41,838 bases of DNA from an uncultured Syntrophomonadaceae bacterium (GTDB lineage Bacteria; Bacillota; Dethiobacteria; DTU022), in assembly GCA_964345455.1 (NCBI GenBank), contig CAYFRE010000005.1, positions 1,330 through 43,167 of the forward strand. The letters are read 5' to 3'. Both the position numbers and the translations under genes were made by a program. The notes under the pieces were generated by a model. It was not told the DNA's origin. It was given only the letters and a program-made list of their open reading frames with translations, and made no database searches. Positions 1-9,828 of this stretch are shown here, piece by piece; within the stretch, counting starts at the first letter, position 1; each line of letters starts with the position of its first letter.

Positions 1-867
1 GCCGGTGGCTGGATCGCGATAGGCACCGTCACCGTATACCAGGACCTCGGCCTGCACCCCCAGCCTCTCCCGGATCAGCCGCTGCAGCCGGCCGACAATG
101 TTTGAACCGTCCCGGGGAGCCAGCTTAATTTTTTCACCGGCGGAAATATTGCTGCCGAGCAGCCCCCATTCCGAATAGGCCTCGCCGGAGTTGCAGATCT
201 CATCCAGGGTGATGCAGCGCGGGTGGTGAGCGCCAATTATGGCCCTGGTCCGGGCGCGGGAATGAATATCGGCGGCAACCACACCGTCGGGCCGGTAATC
301 CAGGATCCGCAGGGGATCATTGCACAGGAATATCTGCGGCGCGGCGCCGGCCGCGCTGATGATCTCCCGGTAAAAACTGATATAGTCAATGCCGGTGACA
401 GGGTGGGGGAATTTTCTTCCGGCCAGGTCCTCCAGCGTGATCAATTCCTTGCTCAGCGCTTCGGCAAATTCGGGGTCGATGACCCGGTTGCCGACCTCGT
501 CGCAGGGGAAAGAGAGCTGCATGATCACCTCGCCCCCGGGCAGGGCCAGGGCAAAGCCCCGCAAAACCAGGGCAAAACGGTTGCGGCTGGCGATGGGAAA
601 GACCACTCCGAGCCTGCTGCCGGGTTCAAGATGCAGCTTCTCCCGGATCTCCCCGGCCACATCGGCCGTGGTCACATAATTGTTCTGAGCGCGGGCCACC
701 ACCGATTCGGTAACGCATATAATATCTCCGTTTTCCAGAAGTCCGTCCCGGTGGCAATGCGCCAGCTGCTCAAAAACGGTCTGCACAATATCCATCCCCG
801 GAACAATGACCCCCATTTTCACCCCAAAGGCGTGCGGTCCGATATATTCAGGCAGTTTAGCCAATAA
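1..867 (-). CDS. F420-0:gamma-glutamyl ligase (CofE)-like family protein, partial; the C-terminus lies beyond the window start
   Basis: This ORF is absent from the track because it runs off the window. My minus-strand translation from TTG at 867 is uninterrupted: LAKLPEYIGPHAFGVKMGVIVPGMDIVQ...ICVTESVVARAQ...VLVYGDGAYRDPATG. The plus-strand ORF 223..867 is its shadow. The family call is from memory of CofE-like proteins. Confidence 0.45.
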
Positions 868-1536
868 TCAGGGCTCCTTTCCCCAAAGGCAGGCAGAGTT
901 CAACTGCAGCCTTTTTACTTCCGGCAGCAATTTTTGCGCTTTCCGGTAATCGGTCCAGGTATTGACGTTAAAAAATGAACGCTGGCCCGGATCGAAGCGC
1001 GTGATCTCGGAATGTCCGATATGCCGCACCCTGATTTTATCATAAAACCCGGTCACCTTGCATTCACCCCGCTCGATCTGCCTCCGGATCTGATCGATGC
1101 AGGAGCGGCGGTAGTAAGCATGCAGCGGCTGGAAATAGTTGCCGATCCGGGGAACGACGACGTCATATCGCGGCGCGAAGGCGGCCATGTAGCGGACCAG
1201 GTCCAGGTTGATGAAAGGCATGTCGCAAGCCGCGACAAACTGGTAAGGCAGATCAGAGACGCTCAATCCGGCATGGATTCCCCGCAGGGGGCCCTTCGCA
1301 TGGCCGGTCAGCAGATCGCCGGTCAGCTTCACCGGAAGGCCGGCAAAGAGATCCTGGCGGTCGGTCACCACCGTGATCTGTTTGAAGAGCAGGCTCAAGC
1401 GGCGGACCATGATCTCGATCAACGATACACCCTCCAGCTCCAGGAAAGGCTTCGGGCAGCCGAGACGGCTGCTGTCGCCTCCCGCCAGGATGATCGCCCC
1501 GCCCGGCCGGGGGCAGTTGTTCAAGGTTAACACCAC
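868..1536 (-). CDS. mobA: molybdenum cofactor guanylyltransferase (MobA-like NTP transferase)
   Basis: 222 aa. It has the N-terminal LAGGDSSRLG..KPF motif, an internal GPL.G.HAGL and a CDMPF motif, all typical of MobA. Confidence 0.8.
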   Translation of the reverse strand: MVLTLNNCPRPGGAIILAGGDSSRLGCPKPFLELEGVSLIEIMVRRLSLLFKQITVVTDRQDLFAGLPVKLTGDLLTGHAKGPLRGIHAGLSVSDLPYQFVAACDMPFINLDLVRYMAAFAPRYDVVVPRIGNYFQPLHAYYRRSCIDQIRRQIERGECKVTGFYDKIRVRHIGHSEITRFDPGQRSFFNVNTWTDYRKAQKLLPEVKRLQLNSACLWGKEP

Positions 1537-1579
1537 CGTTTAATTTTGAAGGCTCCAATTCTATCGCTTCTATTATACC

Positions 1580-2317
1580 TTATTGTTGCAGCACCATCTC
1601 CTTGATCCTGCCCCGGTAACCGATGGCCGCCATGAAAACGCATAGCTCATAGAGCAGCAGCAGCGGCAGGGCCAGCAATAACTGGGTGATGGGATCAGGA
1701 GGGGTGAGAATTGCCGTCAGGATGAGGATGACCAGGAGAGCATACTTGCTCCCGCGTTGCAATACCCGTGCCCTGATCAGATCCAGCCTGCCCAGGGCCC
1801 AGGCCACCAGTGGAAGTTGAAATATAGCCCCAAAAAAAAGATGGAAAGAGAAGAAATACGAGATATATTCACCGATCGCCAGTTTTGGAGAAACCCCGCT
1901 ACCGGCATAATCCAGCAGGAAACGGAGGACCAGCGGGAAGGCAACCAGGTAAGCAAAGACAACCCCACCAGAAAAAAGAAGGGCAACCCCCATCAGGGCC
2001 CGCAGGCAGGTTTTCTTTTCAAATGGAGTCAGGGCGGGATAGATGAAGGCGAACAGTTCATACAGGATCAGGGGAGAAGCCAGCGCCGCCCCGGCAAGCA
2101 GGGCCAGCTTTAATTGCGCCGTAAACGCTTCGGGCGGCGAGAAATAAACCAGGGTTACCCCTCCCGCGGGTTGGGTCAAGAAGCGGCGGATCGGCGCCGC
2201 CGCGGCAAAACAGATAATGGAGGCGGCCAGAAAAGCCGCGCCCGCCGCGATCAGGCGGCAGCGCAGCTCGGCCAGGTGCTGCAGCACGGTCATGGTAGCG
2301 CCTCTGTCTTTGCTCAC
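1580..2317 (-). CDS. tatC: twin-arginine translocase subunit TatC
   Basis: 245 aa polytopic membrane protein. The N-terminus HLAELRCRLI and the overall TatC-like hydrophobic pattern support the call, and it is adjacent to tatA. Confidence 0.85.
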   Translation of the reverse strand: MSKDRGATMTVLQHLAELRCRLIAAGAAFLAASIICFAAAAPIRRFLTQPAGGVTLVYFSPPEAFTAQLKLALLAGAALASPLILYELFAFIYPALTPFEKKTCLRALMGVALLFSGGVVFAYLVAFPLVLRFLLDYAGSGVSPKLAIGEYISYFFSFHLFFGAIFQLPLVAWALGRLDLIRARVLQRGSKYALLVILILTAILTPPDPITQLLLALPLLLLYELCVFMAAIGYRGRIKEMVLQQ

Positions 2318-2446
2318 AAACCTGTCGATGCCTCCTGCGAATTATGGTGCCGGCGAAGCATGCGTGCTAAAGTGAAATCAGCAATCGACGCAACAAAAGG
2401 CACAACCTACCCGCTAAGATCCCGGAGAGGGAACCTGCCAAAAATA

Positions 2447-2635
2447 CTATACTTTTCCCTTATCCTCGTCCGGTACGGCGGTAGGCGCTTCGGGCTTTCC
2501 CTTTATCCCCTCTTTCAGCTCGGTAACGCTTCTGCCGATGGCCCGGGCCAGCTCCGGCAGCTTGTTCGCCCCGAAAAGCAGCAATATGGCAAGCAAAATC
2601 AGGAGCAGCTCTACGATACCGGGTTTTCCAACCAT
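2447..2635 (-). CDS. tatA: twin-arginine translocase subunit TatA/E
   Basis: 62 aa with a single TM helix followed by LLFGANKLPELARAIGRS, the TatA signature. The gene ends in TAG. Confidence 0.85.
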   Translation of the reverse strand: MVGKPGIVELLLILLAILLLFGANKLPELARAIGRSVTELKEGIKGKPEAPTAVPDEDKGKV

Positions 2636-2656
2636 ATGCTTTGACCTCCTTTAAGT

Positions 2657-3574
2657 TTATTGCTGCAACACCGCCAGATCCCGGCCCGCGCGGTACCCTT
2701 CGCGCCGGGCGAGATGGTCCAGCTCAAGAGTAAAGATATCCTCCAGCTCGAGAATTACCTCGCGGCCGATCTCTTTCACCACCGCTGTTTTCAGGTAGTT
2801 CTTGCAGCGCTCGCAAACCTGGACCCTTCTTCCGGGGTAATCATCGGCGTAGAAATAGCGCAGCCGCTGCGGATCCCTGTTCCGGCAAAAGGGGCATTCC
2901 AGCCGGGGGAATTGCCAGGCGGTGCGGCAGAATGAGCATTGGAGAATCCGGGCGCCCTCTGCATTGAGCAGGGCCATGCCCGGATTCTGGCCGCATACCG
3001 GGCAGCAGCCTTCGCTCCAGAGAGCCAGGTTGATCTCTTCCCGCACCGCTGCGGCAAAAGCTATATAAAACGAGGCCAGGGCATCCCTTAACGTGCCGGC
3101 GACAAGGGAAGAATCCACCGGCCCCTCGTCCTCCCACCCCCAGGCGCGAACCTGCTTTTCCAGTTCTCTGCTGTCCGGCAATTTACTTCCGGCCAGAAAT
3201 TGAGGCAGGCGGTTTTCCGTTAGTTCCGGCTGTTGCATGATTTTCCGGAGGGCCTTCGCCTGGGGAAAGACGCTACCAAAAACATCGACAATCTCGCCCA
3301 GGACGCTCCTGAAAAGCCCGGGAGCAATGCCGGGGGGACCGTCCTTAAGCAGGTAACACCCCTGTGAGAACAGCTCACGGGCCTGCTCCCGGCTCCAGGT
3401 ACGATCGAGTTTGATCTGCCCGCCATAGCGCCACTGCAGCCGGAACAGCTCACGGTAGAACCGGAAAAGAGGCTCCGCGTCCTGCTTCTCTTTCAGGTAG
3501 ATCTCGATTTCGCGATTCAGCTTCTCCAGGCTCACCATCTCTTTTGGCGCCATTCTCACTTCCCCCATCAACAA
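2657..3574 (-). CDS. fdhE: formate dehydrogenase accessory protein FdhE
   Basis: 305 aa. Four CxxC pairs (CPVCGQ, CSFCRT, CPFCRN, CERCKN) sit in the FdhE arrangement. The gene is flanked by tat genes. Confidence 0.8.
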   Translation of the reverse strand: MLMGEVRMAPKEMVSLEKLNREIEIYLKEKQDAEPLFRFYRELFRLQWRYGGQIKLDRTWSREQARELFSQGCYLLKDGPPGIAPGLFRSVLGEIVDVFGSVFPQAKALRKIMQQPELTENRLPQFLAGSKLPDSRELEKQVRAWGWEDEGPVDSSLVAGTLRDALASFYIAFAAAVREEINLALWSEGCCPVCGQNPGMALLNAEGARILQCSFCRTAWQFPRLECPFCRNRDPQRLRYFYADDYPGRRVQVCERCKNYLKTAVVKEIGREVILELEDIFTLELDHLARREGYRAGRDLAVLQQ

Positions 3575-3580
3575 ACATTA

Positions 3581-3775
3581 TTACTTCTTTTCAGCATCTT
3601 CTTCTTCATCCAGAGAGAAAGCCTTGCCCACGTCACCAAATGCCTGCTTGAACTCCCGGATGCCGCGGCCGATGGAGCGCCCGAGCTCGGGGAGCTTGTT
3701 CGGCCCGAAGATGACTAAAACCGCTACAAGAATAATAATGATTTCAAAAAGGCCAATTCCACTACCGAACGGCAC
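3581..3775 (-). CDS. tatA: twin-arginine translocase subunit TatA/E (second copy)
   Basis: 64 aa with a TM helix followed by IFGPNKLPELGRSIGRGIREFK. Confidence 0.85.
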   Translation of the reverse strand: MPFGSGIGLFEIIIILVAVLVIFGPNKLPELGRSIGRGIREFKQAFGDVGKAFSLDEEEDAEKK

Positions 3776-3906
3776 CGGGCTTCACTCCCACCGTGATATT
3801 ATAGAGACTCAAAGATGTATCTCTACTGCGAGATTTAACTATCTATTATTTCTACTCAATTGCAAAATATCCTCTCTTTTATCTTGTTAAAATTCTTTAA
3901 AGTGAT

Positions 3907-3946
3907 CAAAAAGTAAGTCACCTCCGTTATTTTTCCGGAGGTGACT
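3907..3946 (-). terminator. rho-independent terminator closing the long minus-strand gene string that ends with the PAP2 gene
   Basis: A perfect 11-bp inverted repeat (AGTCACCTCCG / CGGAGGTGACT, 3916-3926 and 3936-3946) has a 9-nt loop. On the minus strand it is followed by TACTTTTTG. Confidence 0.7.
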
Positions 3947-3990
3947 GTAATCCGACGAGAAAGTGGGAAGAGAAAGCGGTTGTTTCTTGG

Positions 3991-4995
3991 TTAATCTCCC
4001 GCTTCGCGCGGGGTCAGCTTAAGCGCCACAAAAACAGCCGGCGCCAGCAGGGTGACCCAGATACCGCCGAGCCCGTAGCGGAAAAAACGGAGGCCTGCCT
4101 GCAGGGCCGGATTGCCGGAGGAGAAAACCGGGCCCAGCCCTATCAAGATACCGAAGAGCACCGCCAGGCCAAGAACCGCCTTGAGAACCTGGAGCGCCCA
4201 GTGCGTCCGGGGAATGGAGCGCACTTTTTCCCGTTCAATGATGTAGCCGGCGGCGGCGCCGGCCAGAAGCCCCATCAGCTTCGGCATATCACCCTGCGGG
4301 CTGAGAACCGTGAGGATCACGGGGATCGCCACGCAGAGCGCCAGGAGAAGCACCTTAGAAAATTTCTGATCCCAGCCTCTTTCAACAAAAAGGCTGCTCA
4401 GCCAGGCCAGGAACAGCAGCAGGGGAATGCCCATGGCATAACCGCCCAGGATATCACCCGGATAGTGAAAGCCCAGGATGATCCGGGAAAAGGGGATCAG
4501 GATCATCGCCGCAAGAGCCCAGATCCAGAACCACCTTCTCTTCAGCCGGATCGCCAGGTAACCCCATACCGTCACCGCTGTCAAGGTGTGACCGCTGGGA
4601 AAAGCATGGCTCTCGAGCTGCTTCATCCCCTCGAGAGAAGGCCGCTCCAAGGCAAAAAGATCTTTGACTACACCGCTGACCATGCCGGAAAGCAGCAGCA
4701 CCGCCGCCGCCCAGAAACCGAGCGGCTTGTTGACGCACCAGATCAAAATGCCGAAAAAGATCATGTAGAATTCATCGTTGCCCAGAAAGGTAAAAAACTG
4801 AAAGAAATATTCCACCGGTTTGATCGACCGAAATTGCTGCAGGTAGTTAATCAAATCCATGCTGCGGGTCCGGTCCCAGTAAAAATAGAGCAGCGCACCG
4901 CAAAGAAGCACCACCGCCCAGCAGAAAAACAGCCAGAAGATCTCCCACCCCCGGCGCGGAGAGAAATAGGGTTTGGTTACAGGGGGGCTCTCCAT
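3991..4995 (-). CDS. PAP2-superfamily membrane phosphatase
   Basis: Multi-TM protein carrying PSGH and ..PGDILGG PAP2 motifs. I prefer the ATG at 4995, which has AAGGAG 8 nt upstream, over the TTG at 5043 used by the track. Confidence 0.7.
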   Translation of the reverse strand: MESPPVTKPYFSPRRGWEIFWLFFCWAVVLLCGALLYFYWDRTRSMDLINYLQQFRSIKPVEYFFQFFTFLGNDEFYMIFFGILIWCVNKPLGFWAAAVLLLSGMVSGVVKDLFALERPSLEGMKQLESHAFPSGHTLTAVTVWGYLAIRLKRRWFWIWALAAMILIPFSRIILGFHYPGDILGGYAMGIPLLLFLAWLSSLFVERGWDQKFSKVLLLALCVAIPVILTVLSPQGDMPKLMGLLAGAAAGYIIEREKVRSIPRTHWALQVLKAVLGLAVLFGILIGLGPVFSSGNPALQAGLRFFRYGLGGIWVTLLAPAVFVALKLTPREAGD

Positions 4996-5039
4996 GAAAC
5001 TCACTCCTTCGTTTATTTGCCCCGGAAAAGGCAATTTTC

Positions 5040-5726
5040 TCAACCGCTAATTTCTCCGCCGCCACGGCCCCTTCCTGCTTCCGGATTCCATTGCAGGCGA
5101 TGGATTATAATTTTGTAGGAGCTGCGGACGGGATCGCCGGGCACGGTTACGGGGATTATGCAGCTCTCTTCGCTAAAAGTTCCGGCGGCATGAAGCTCTT
5201 GAATAAAGGAGAGGGTTACCGGACGGCCGGGATGGGAAATATAGATGCTCCCGCCGGCCCTGACCGCCCCCAGCAGCACCGCTTTCAGGAAGGGCAGCAG
5301 GCGGGGCTCATAGGCGATATCGGAGGCCAGCACAATATCAAAGCGCTCGCTGCACGAATAGCTGCGCCAGTCGGCAAGCAGCAGACGATAGCGGGCCAGC
5401 CGGTGCAGCCGGGCATTGGCCTCGCATAGACAGAGAGCGCGGGGCTGAAAATCGGAGAAGGTCACCGTCGCTTCCTGCAGCCCGCAGATCACTCCCGGCA
5501 GCCCCACTCCCGCGCCCAGCTCGAGAACTGTTTTGCCTGCCAGGAGAGGGCCCTGCAAAAAATAGGCCGCCAGACCCCGGGCGGCGGGCCAGGCCTCGGC
5601 CCAGCAGGGGGTCTGGTCGGGGTCCGCCGGATCGTCAACCAAGGCCGCCACATTGTCAGCCACATACAGCGGAAACACCTTTCCGCCAATTTCGATCCGG
5701 ATCAACCTTTTTTCAAGCGGCATCAT
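5040..5726 (-). CDS. class I SAM-dependent methyltransferase (Methyltransf_16-like)
   Basis: 228 aa with the glycine-rich SAM motif VLELGAGVGLPG. Its last ~55 codons are duplicated at 26546..26708. Confidence 0.7.
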   Translation of the reverse strand: MMPLEKRLIRIEIGGKVFPLYVADNVAALVDDPADPDQTPCWAEAWPAARGLAAYFLQGPLLAGKTVLELGAGVGLPGVICGLQEATVTFSDFQPRALCLCEANARLHRLARYRLLLADWRSYSCSERFDIVLASDIAYEPRLLPFLKAVLLGAVRAGGSIYISHPGRPVTLSFIQELHAAGTFSEESCIIPVTVPGDPVRSSYKIIIHRLQWNPEAGRGRGGGEISG

Positions 5727-5741
5727 TCTTCTTTGTGCTGC

Positions 5742-6992
5742 TTACCCCTCATAACGGGGAACACAGAGCGATCCTTGAGGCAGCACATAGGTAAACAAGT
5801 TACCGTCTTTTTCATATACAGCCTCCAGGGCTTCGTTCAAAGTCTTCGCCGGAATAAATCCAAGCAAGCGCGATTGCTCAGGAGAAAGTTGGGAGACCAG
5901 GTAAACCCGGCCCCGCTGCAGCAATCTGGCGATGGAATAGGCTTTGTGCCCTCCCAGGATGAACTGCTCATGCAAAGCAGCCTCCATTTCATCCAGAGAA
6001 CTGTAACGTACCGCCCATTCCTCGAAAGTAAAAGAGCCAAACCCCTCGGAACATTGGGCCAGCAATATCACCTGCCCCCCCCTTTTCAGCGCTGCCATGG
6101 CATTATCCAGCGTTTTATGAGCCTGATATAGATTAATATCTTTAGGCGCGCCGCCGCAGCCGGCAATAACCACATCCGCAAGGCGCTTCAGCGGTACGCC
6201 ATAGACCTGTTTGGCCAACGCACAGGCCTGTCCATGAGCTTGAACCATGTCGCCGGCGTAAACACCCAGCAACTCCTCCCGCTCGTTTAGAACTGTGTTA
6301 ACTAAAAAATCACAGCCTGCCAGGAGCGCTCCTTCCACCAGGTCTTCATGAACCGGGTTGCCCGCCAAACGCCCGCTGCAGGCCCGATCGTCCAACATCA
6401 GGCTATGATTTTTTTGAATGGTGTCCCAGCCGGCGACTCCCGGAATCAACGCCTTCCGGCCGCCGCCGAAACCGGCAAAAAAGTGATAGACCACGCTGCC
6501 GGTTAATATGCGGCGATCCGCCCGTGCTACTTTCCGATTAATGCTGACAGGTGTACCACGAGAAGTTTGACCCAGGTAAACAAGCTCAGCCGCGTTGTTA
6601 CAGTCGTGGTTATACATGTCGTGTTCCAGGGCCATATTTCTACCGGCCAGGTTTACCATCTCGTCATCTGTCATCATTCGGTGAGCTCCGTTGGCAAAAA
6701 CGATGAAAATGTCCTCTTTTTTAATCCCCGCCTGCTCCAACTCGGCAATTACCGGCGGCAGAATCAGCTCTGTGCGGGCTACCCGGGTGAAGTCATTTGC
6801 CAACAGGCAGACTGTTTCTCCAGGGTGAACCAGCTCCCTTAGCGGCGGTGAACCGATGGGGTTACGCAACGCCTCCATGATGCAGCTGTGCGGGTCTTCC
6901 GGGGGTGCCGCCGCATGGCAACTTAAAATCTCCCAGGGGACGCCCGGCGGAAGTTTTAACTCGATTTTGTCACTGCCGTATGCTATCCTCAT
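5742..6992 (-). CDS. LarA-like (nickel-pincer cofactor dependent 2-hydroxyacid racemase/epimerase family, DUF2088) protein
   Basis: 416 aa. The NDFTR, NGAHR and FAGFGGGRKALIPG motifs resemble the LarA NPN-binding region, including the Lys. Confidence 0.65.
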   Translation of the reverse strand: MRIAYGSDKIELKLPPGVPWEILSCHAAAPPEDPHSCIMEALRNPIGSPPLRELVHPGETVCLLANDFTRVARTELILPPVIAELEQAGIKKEDIFIVFANGAHRMMTDDEMVNLAGRNMALEHDMYNHDCNNAAELVYLGQTSRGTPVSINRKVARADRRILTGSVVYHFFAGFGGGRKALIPGVAGWDTIQKNHSLMLDDRACSGRLAGNPVHEDLVEGALLAGCDFLVNTVLNEREELLGVYAGDMVQAHGQACALAKQVYGVPLKRLADVVIAGCGGAPKDINLYQAHKTLDNAMAALKRGGQVILLAQCSEGFGSFTFEEWAVRYSSLDEMEAALHEQFILGGHKAYSIARLLQRGRVYLVSQLSPEQSRLLGFIPAKTLNEALEAVYEKDGNLFTYVLPQGSLCVPRYEG

Positions 6993-7025
6993 GATATTCT
7001 CTTAATCTTTTGTTAAGCCTCCCTG

Positions 7026-8297
7026 CTACAAAAGATCAACCCTCGACTGGCGAAAGCGGCGTGCTGACTGACGCAGAGATTTAATGGCTGGAAGTTCTTC
7101 GCCGCTTAAAAACCTCACCAGACCCCCTCCTGCCGTGCTGATGTAAGAGAAGGCTTTGCCGTCACAAAATTCATTGGCCGCCCGGATACTGTCCCCGCCG
7201 CCCAGAACGGAAAAGGCCGGCGAAGCCGCAACAGCCTGCCAGACTTGCTGTGTGCCCCAAGCCGTGGCCTTCTTTTCAAAGATACCCATGGGCCCATTGA
7301 CAAACAGGGTTCCAGCCCTGGATATTCCTTCCCGGTAGAGATCCACTGTGCGCCTGCCGATATCTGCAAGCGGCCCTGGCACCGGCAACGACTCGACTGC
7401 CACTTCTTGCCGTCTGCCCTCTACCGTGTAAGCGTAGTCCAGGGGTAAAATGACTTTATCCCTGTAACCGGCAAGTATCTCTTTTGACTTCTCCACGTAA
7501 TTCGAGAGGTTGTGATTGTAAACATAATCTACGGTAGACTGACCGGGTAACTGGCCGGAAGCGATCAGGAAAATGTTGGCTACCAGCCCTCCCGTAAGGA
7601 TACTATCGGCCACCGCTTCTTTCAGAACAACCGTCATGATATCAAAGGCATCCTGCACCTTGGCCCCTCCCAGGATAAAGAGAGAAGGCCGCCTGGGTTC
7701 TTCCACGACTTGGTGAAGCATATCCAGCTCTTCTTCAAAAAGCCGGCCCATGGCCGATGGAAGGAGCCGGGGGAAACCGACGATCGAAGGCTGAGACCTG
7801 TGAGCGGCGGCAAAAGCATCCAGCACAAAGAGCTCTCCCAAGGGAGAAAGTTTTTGAACCAGCAATGTGCGGGCCTGCTCTTCAAAAGTGAGGTTTAACC
7901 GGGTTTCAAACAGAGTCAGCTCTTCGGCCAGGTAGCGAACATTGTCCAGCATAAGAACCTGCCCTTCGTCAAGGCGTCCAATCTTTTCACGGGCGGCAGG
8001 GCCGCAAATGTCATCAACAAAATCCACCGGATGATGAAGGGATTCTGCGATAAACCGGGCATGAGCTTTCGTAGAGCCATAGTTTTGATACTCCAGGTCT
8101 CCTCCCTGATGGGTCAGAAGGGCCACCCTGGCTCCTTGCTCCACCAGTTCTTTGATTGTTGGCAAGCTTCTGCAGATCCGGGTGGGGTCAGTTATATCCC
8201 TGCTCCTGATGTCCAGCGGGGAATTGAGATCCAGCCGGCAGAGAACTGTCTTGCCCCGGAGATCAAAATCGTCCAATGTATTAATGCCATACTTCAT
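7026..8297 (-). CDS. pgk: phosphoglycerate kinase, archaeal-type sequence
   Basis: The N-terminus (MKYGINTLDDFDLRGKTVLCRLDLNSPLD ... LTHQG ... VDDICG ... LDNVRY) resembles archaeal PGKs. I prefer the start at ATG 8297, which has a GGAGGGG RBS. The gene ends in TAG. Confidence 0.8.
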   Translation of the reverse strand: MKYGINTLDDFDLRGKTVLCRLDLNSPLDIRSRDITDPTRICRSLPTIKELVEQGARVALLTHQGGDLEYQNYGSTKAHARFIAESLHHPVDFVDDICGPAAREKIGRLDEGQVLMLDNVRYLAEELTLFETRLNLTFEEQARTLLVQKLSPLGELFVLDAFAAAHRSQPSIVGFPRLLPSAMGRLFEEELDMLHQVVEEPRRPSLFILGGAKVQDAFDIMTVVLKEAVADSILTGGLVANIFLIASGQLPGQSTVDYVYNHNLSNYVEKSKEILAGYRDKVILPLDYAYTVEGRRQEVAVESLPVPGPLADIGRRTVDLYREGISRAGTLFVNGPMGIFEKKATAWGTQQVWQAVAASPAFSVLGGGDSIRAANEFCDGKAFSYISTAGGGLVRFLSGEELPAIKSLRQSARRFRQSRVDLL

Positions 8298-8316
8298 CCC
8301 CACACCCCTCCCCTGT

Positions 8317-9336
8317 CTACTCAAGCCCGAGGTACTTGTTGGTCAGAGCAAGCGCTTCGTCTCTTACAGGCTGCATGCCGGTTGCCGCACGGATACCGTC
8401 AATGGTCTCGGGAATCACTACGGCTTCCTGGGGTATATTCAGGGTAAATATGATATCTTGACCGCTGAAAGCTACGGTTTCCTCAAAAATGGCGATTTCA
8501 TACATATCACCGCGGAGACGGCCCAGGTCCCTGGCATACCGGAACAAGGCTGTATTCGAATTGAAACCATCGGCTATTTTCACCACCCGGATACGCGGAT
8601 GTTCGTTAAAGGCCGACAGCGCTTCTTCCCGCGTTAGCTTTCTTTTTGGCGTAGCCACAACACTGATAATATGTCCGTGGGTTGTAGGCACATGAACGAG
8701 TACACCGGTTGCATCAATATGCGGCATGATGTTCATCAAGTCCACAGCCTGGTGGTTTGGAACAGGCTCTACCAGGGCCACATCGACCAGGCCACGATGA
8801 GTATCGGCCGGATCCGCAACCCGCCGTAGTATCGTAACCATCACTTTTTCCAGGCCGGCCAGGCGATCCAGACAATCAACAGCACGGATCAAACCTGTGG
8901 TGTTGCAGGAGGTTAGTTTTAGAAAATCCTTGTTGACTCCCTTTTCGTAATTCGCGTACCCATGAAAAAAAACATCGGCAACCTCGTCCTTCTCGCCACC
9001 CTGGAATATTGCCTTTAAGCCCATCTTGCTGTATGTTTCCTTATTTTTTTGACCCATCCCCGCTCCTGTAGCATCGAGAACGATGTCAACCCGGCCTAAA
9101 AGATCTTCTACAGTACCTGAAACAGGGATCCCGGCATCCTCCAACCGGGGAATCTTTTCGGGAGCGGCGGAAAACAACTTGTAGGGCATACCCTTCTCCG
9201 CCAGGGCTCTTAAAGCCAGGGTGGGAGCCACATCTACAATACCTTCAAGTTCCATATCCTTCTGCAACTCTACTCCATCCGCCAACCTTTGACCGATAAC
9301 TCCATAACCAACCACGCCGACTCTTACCTTGGACAT
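8317..9336 (-). CDS. gap: type II (archaeal-type) NAD(P)-dependent glyceraldehyde-3-phosphate dehydrogenase
   Basis: 339 aa with the N-terminal Rossmann motif VGVVGYGVIGQR and the catalytic SCNTTGL motif characteristic of class II GAPDH. The gene ends in TAG. Confidence 0.8.
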   Translation of the reverse strand: MSKVRVGVVGYGVIGQRLADGVELQKDMELEGIVDVAPTLALRALAEKGMPYKLFSAAPEKIPRLEDAGIPVSGTVEDLLGRVDIVLDATGAGMGQKNKETYSKMGLKAIFQGGEKDEVADVFFHGYANYEKGVNKDFLKLTSCNTTGLIRAVDCLDRLAGLEKVMVTILRRVADPADTHRGLVDVALVEPVPNHQAVDLMNIMPHIDATGVLVHVPTTHGHIISVVATPKRKLTREEALSAFNEHPRIRVVKIADGFNSNTALFRYARDLGRLRGDMYEIAIFEETVAFSGQDIIFTLNIPQEAVVIPETIDGIRAATGMQPVRDEALALTNKYLGLE

Positions 9337-9426
9337 CTACTATGTACCCTCCTCTCATATGATCGCGGCATTACTTAAATCGACCGGCAAACCAGTTGAA
9401 ATGCTTTCTCCAAACCTTTCTCCTTC

Positions 9427-9825
9427 TTATTTGTCAACTTTGCCTGGAGATAAGTCTGAACCATAGTGTTGATGAAAATATGTCGAATGATATTTTTGTA
9501 ATTTCCAGGAGGGAACTCTACATGTTCTACAAACAGAAAAACCCCACTTGTTACGCAGGCAACGGGCCGCGCGACTGTTTTTTGAATTATAGGCCACAAA
9601 GGTCTCGTTGCAATGCGTCGTTATTTGAGCCTGATTTCCGACAATCTTGATTGATTTTATGCCATGCAGTATTCCTTTGCGGGAGGGCCATATTTTCATT
9701 TTTTGCAGCAGTTTAAAAAAGTCTACCCGTTTCCGATAGTATGTTTTCTTGGTATTTTCTTTTTTGCTGGCGCCGCCAGTCACTTCGTTGCTTTTTCCCA
9801 CGAACTCACTCTCCGATTTATTCAT
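9427..9825 (-). CDS. pylSn: pyrrolysyl-tRNA synthetase N-terminal tRNA-binding domain protein PylSn
   Basis: 132 aa. The core (IWPSRKGILHGIKSIKI...THCNETFVAYNSKNSRAARCLRNKW..VCRTCRV) aligns with the N-terminal domain of archaeal PylS (WMSRTGTIHKIKHHEV...[34 protein letters not shown]). A ~30-aa K-rich leader precedes the domain. Confidence 0.85.
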   Translation of the reverse strand: MNKSESEFVGKSNEVTGGASKKENTKKTYYRKRVDFFKLLQKMKIWPSRKGILHGIKSIKIVGNQAQITTHCNETFVAYNSKNSRAARCLRNKWGFSVCRTCRVPSWKLQKYHSTYFHQHYGSDLSPGKVDK

Positions 9826-9828
9826 GTG

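Noticed and set aside
223-867. 214-aa plus-strand ORF (and nested 389..679)
   Set aside because: It lies exactly opposite an uninterrupted minus-strand frame with CofE-like sequence that continues to the window edge. The plus-strand product is low-complexity G/P/A/R-rich, typical of shadow ORFs in GC-rich DNA.
4201-5118. 305-aa plus-strand ORF; similar long antisense ORFs at 1012..1530, 2114..2644, 36656..37330, 39700..40239 and 40489..41376
   Set aside because: All of them overlap well-supported genes on the other strand (PAP2, mobA, tatC, nadE, mnmG, kce). They encode R/P/G/A-rich sequences with no recognisable motifs and are GC-driven shadow ORFs.
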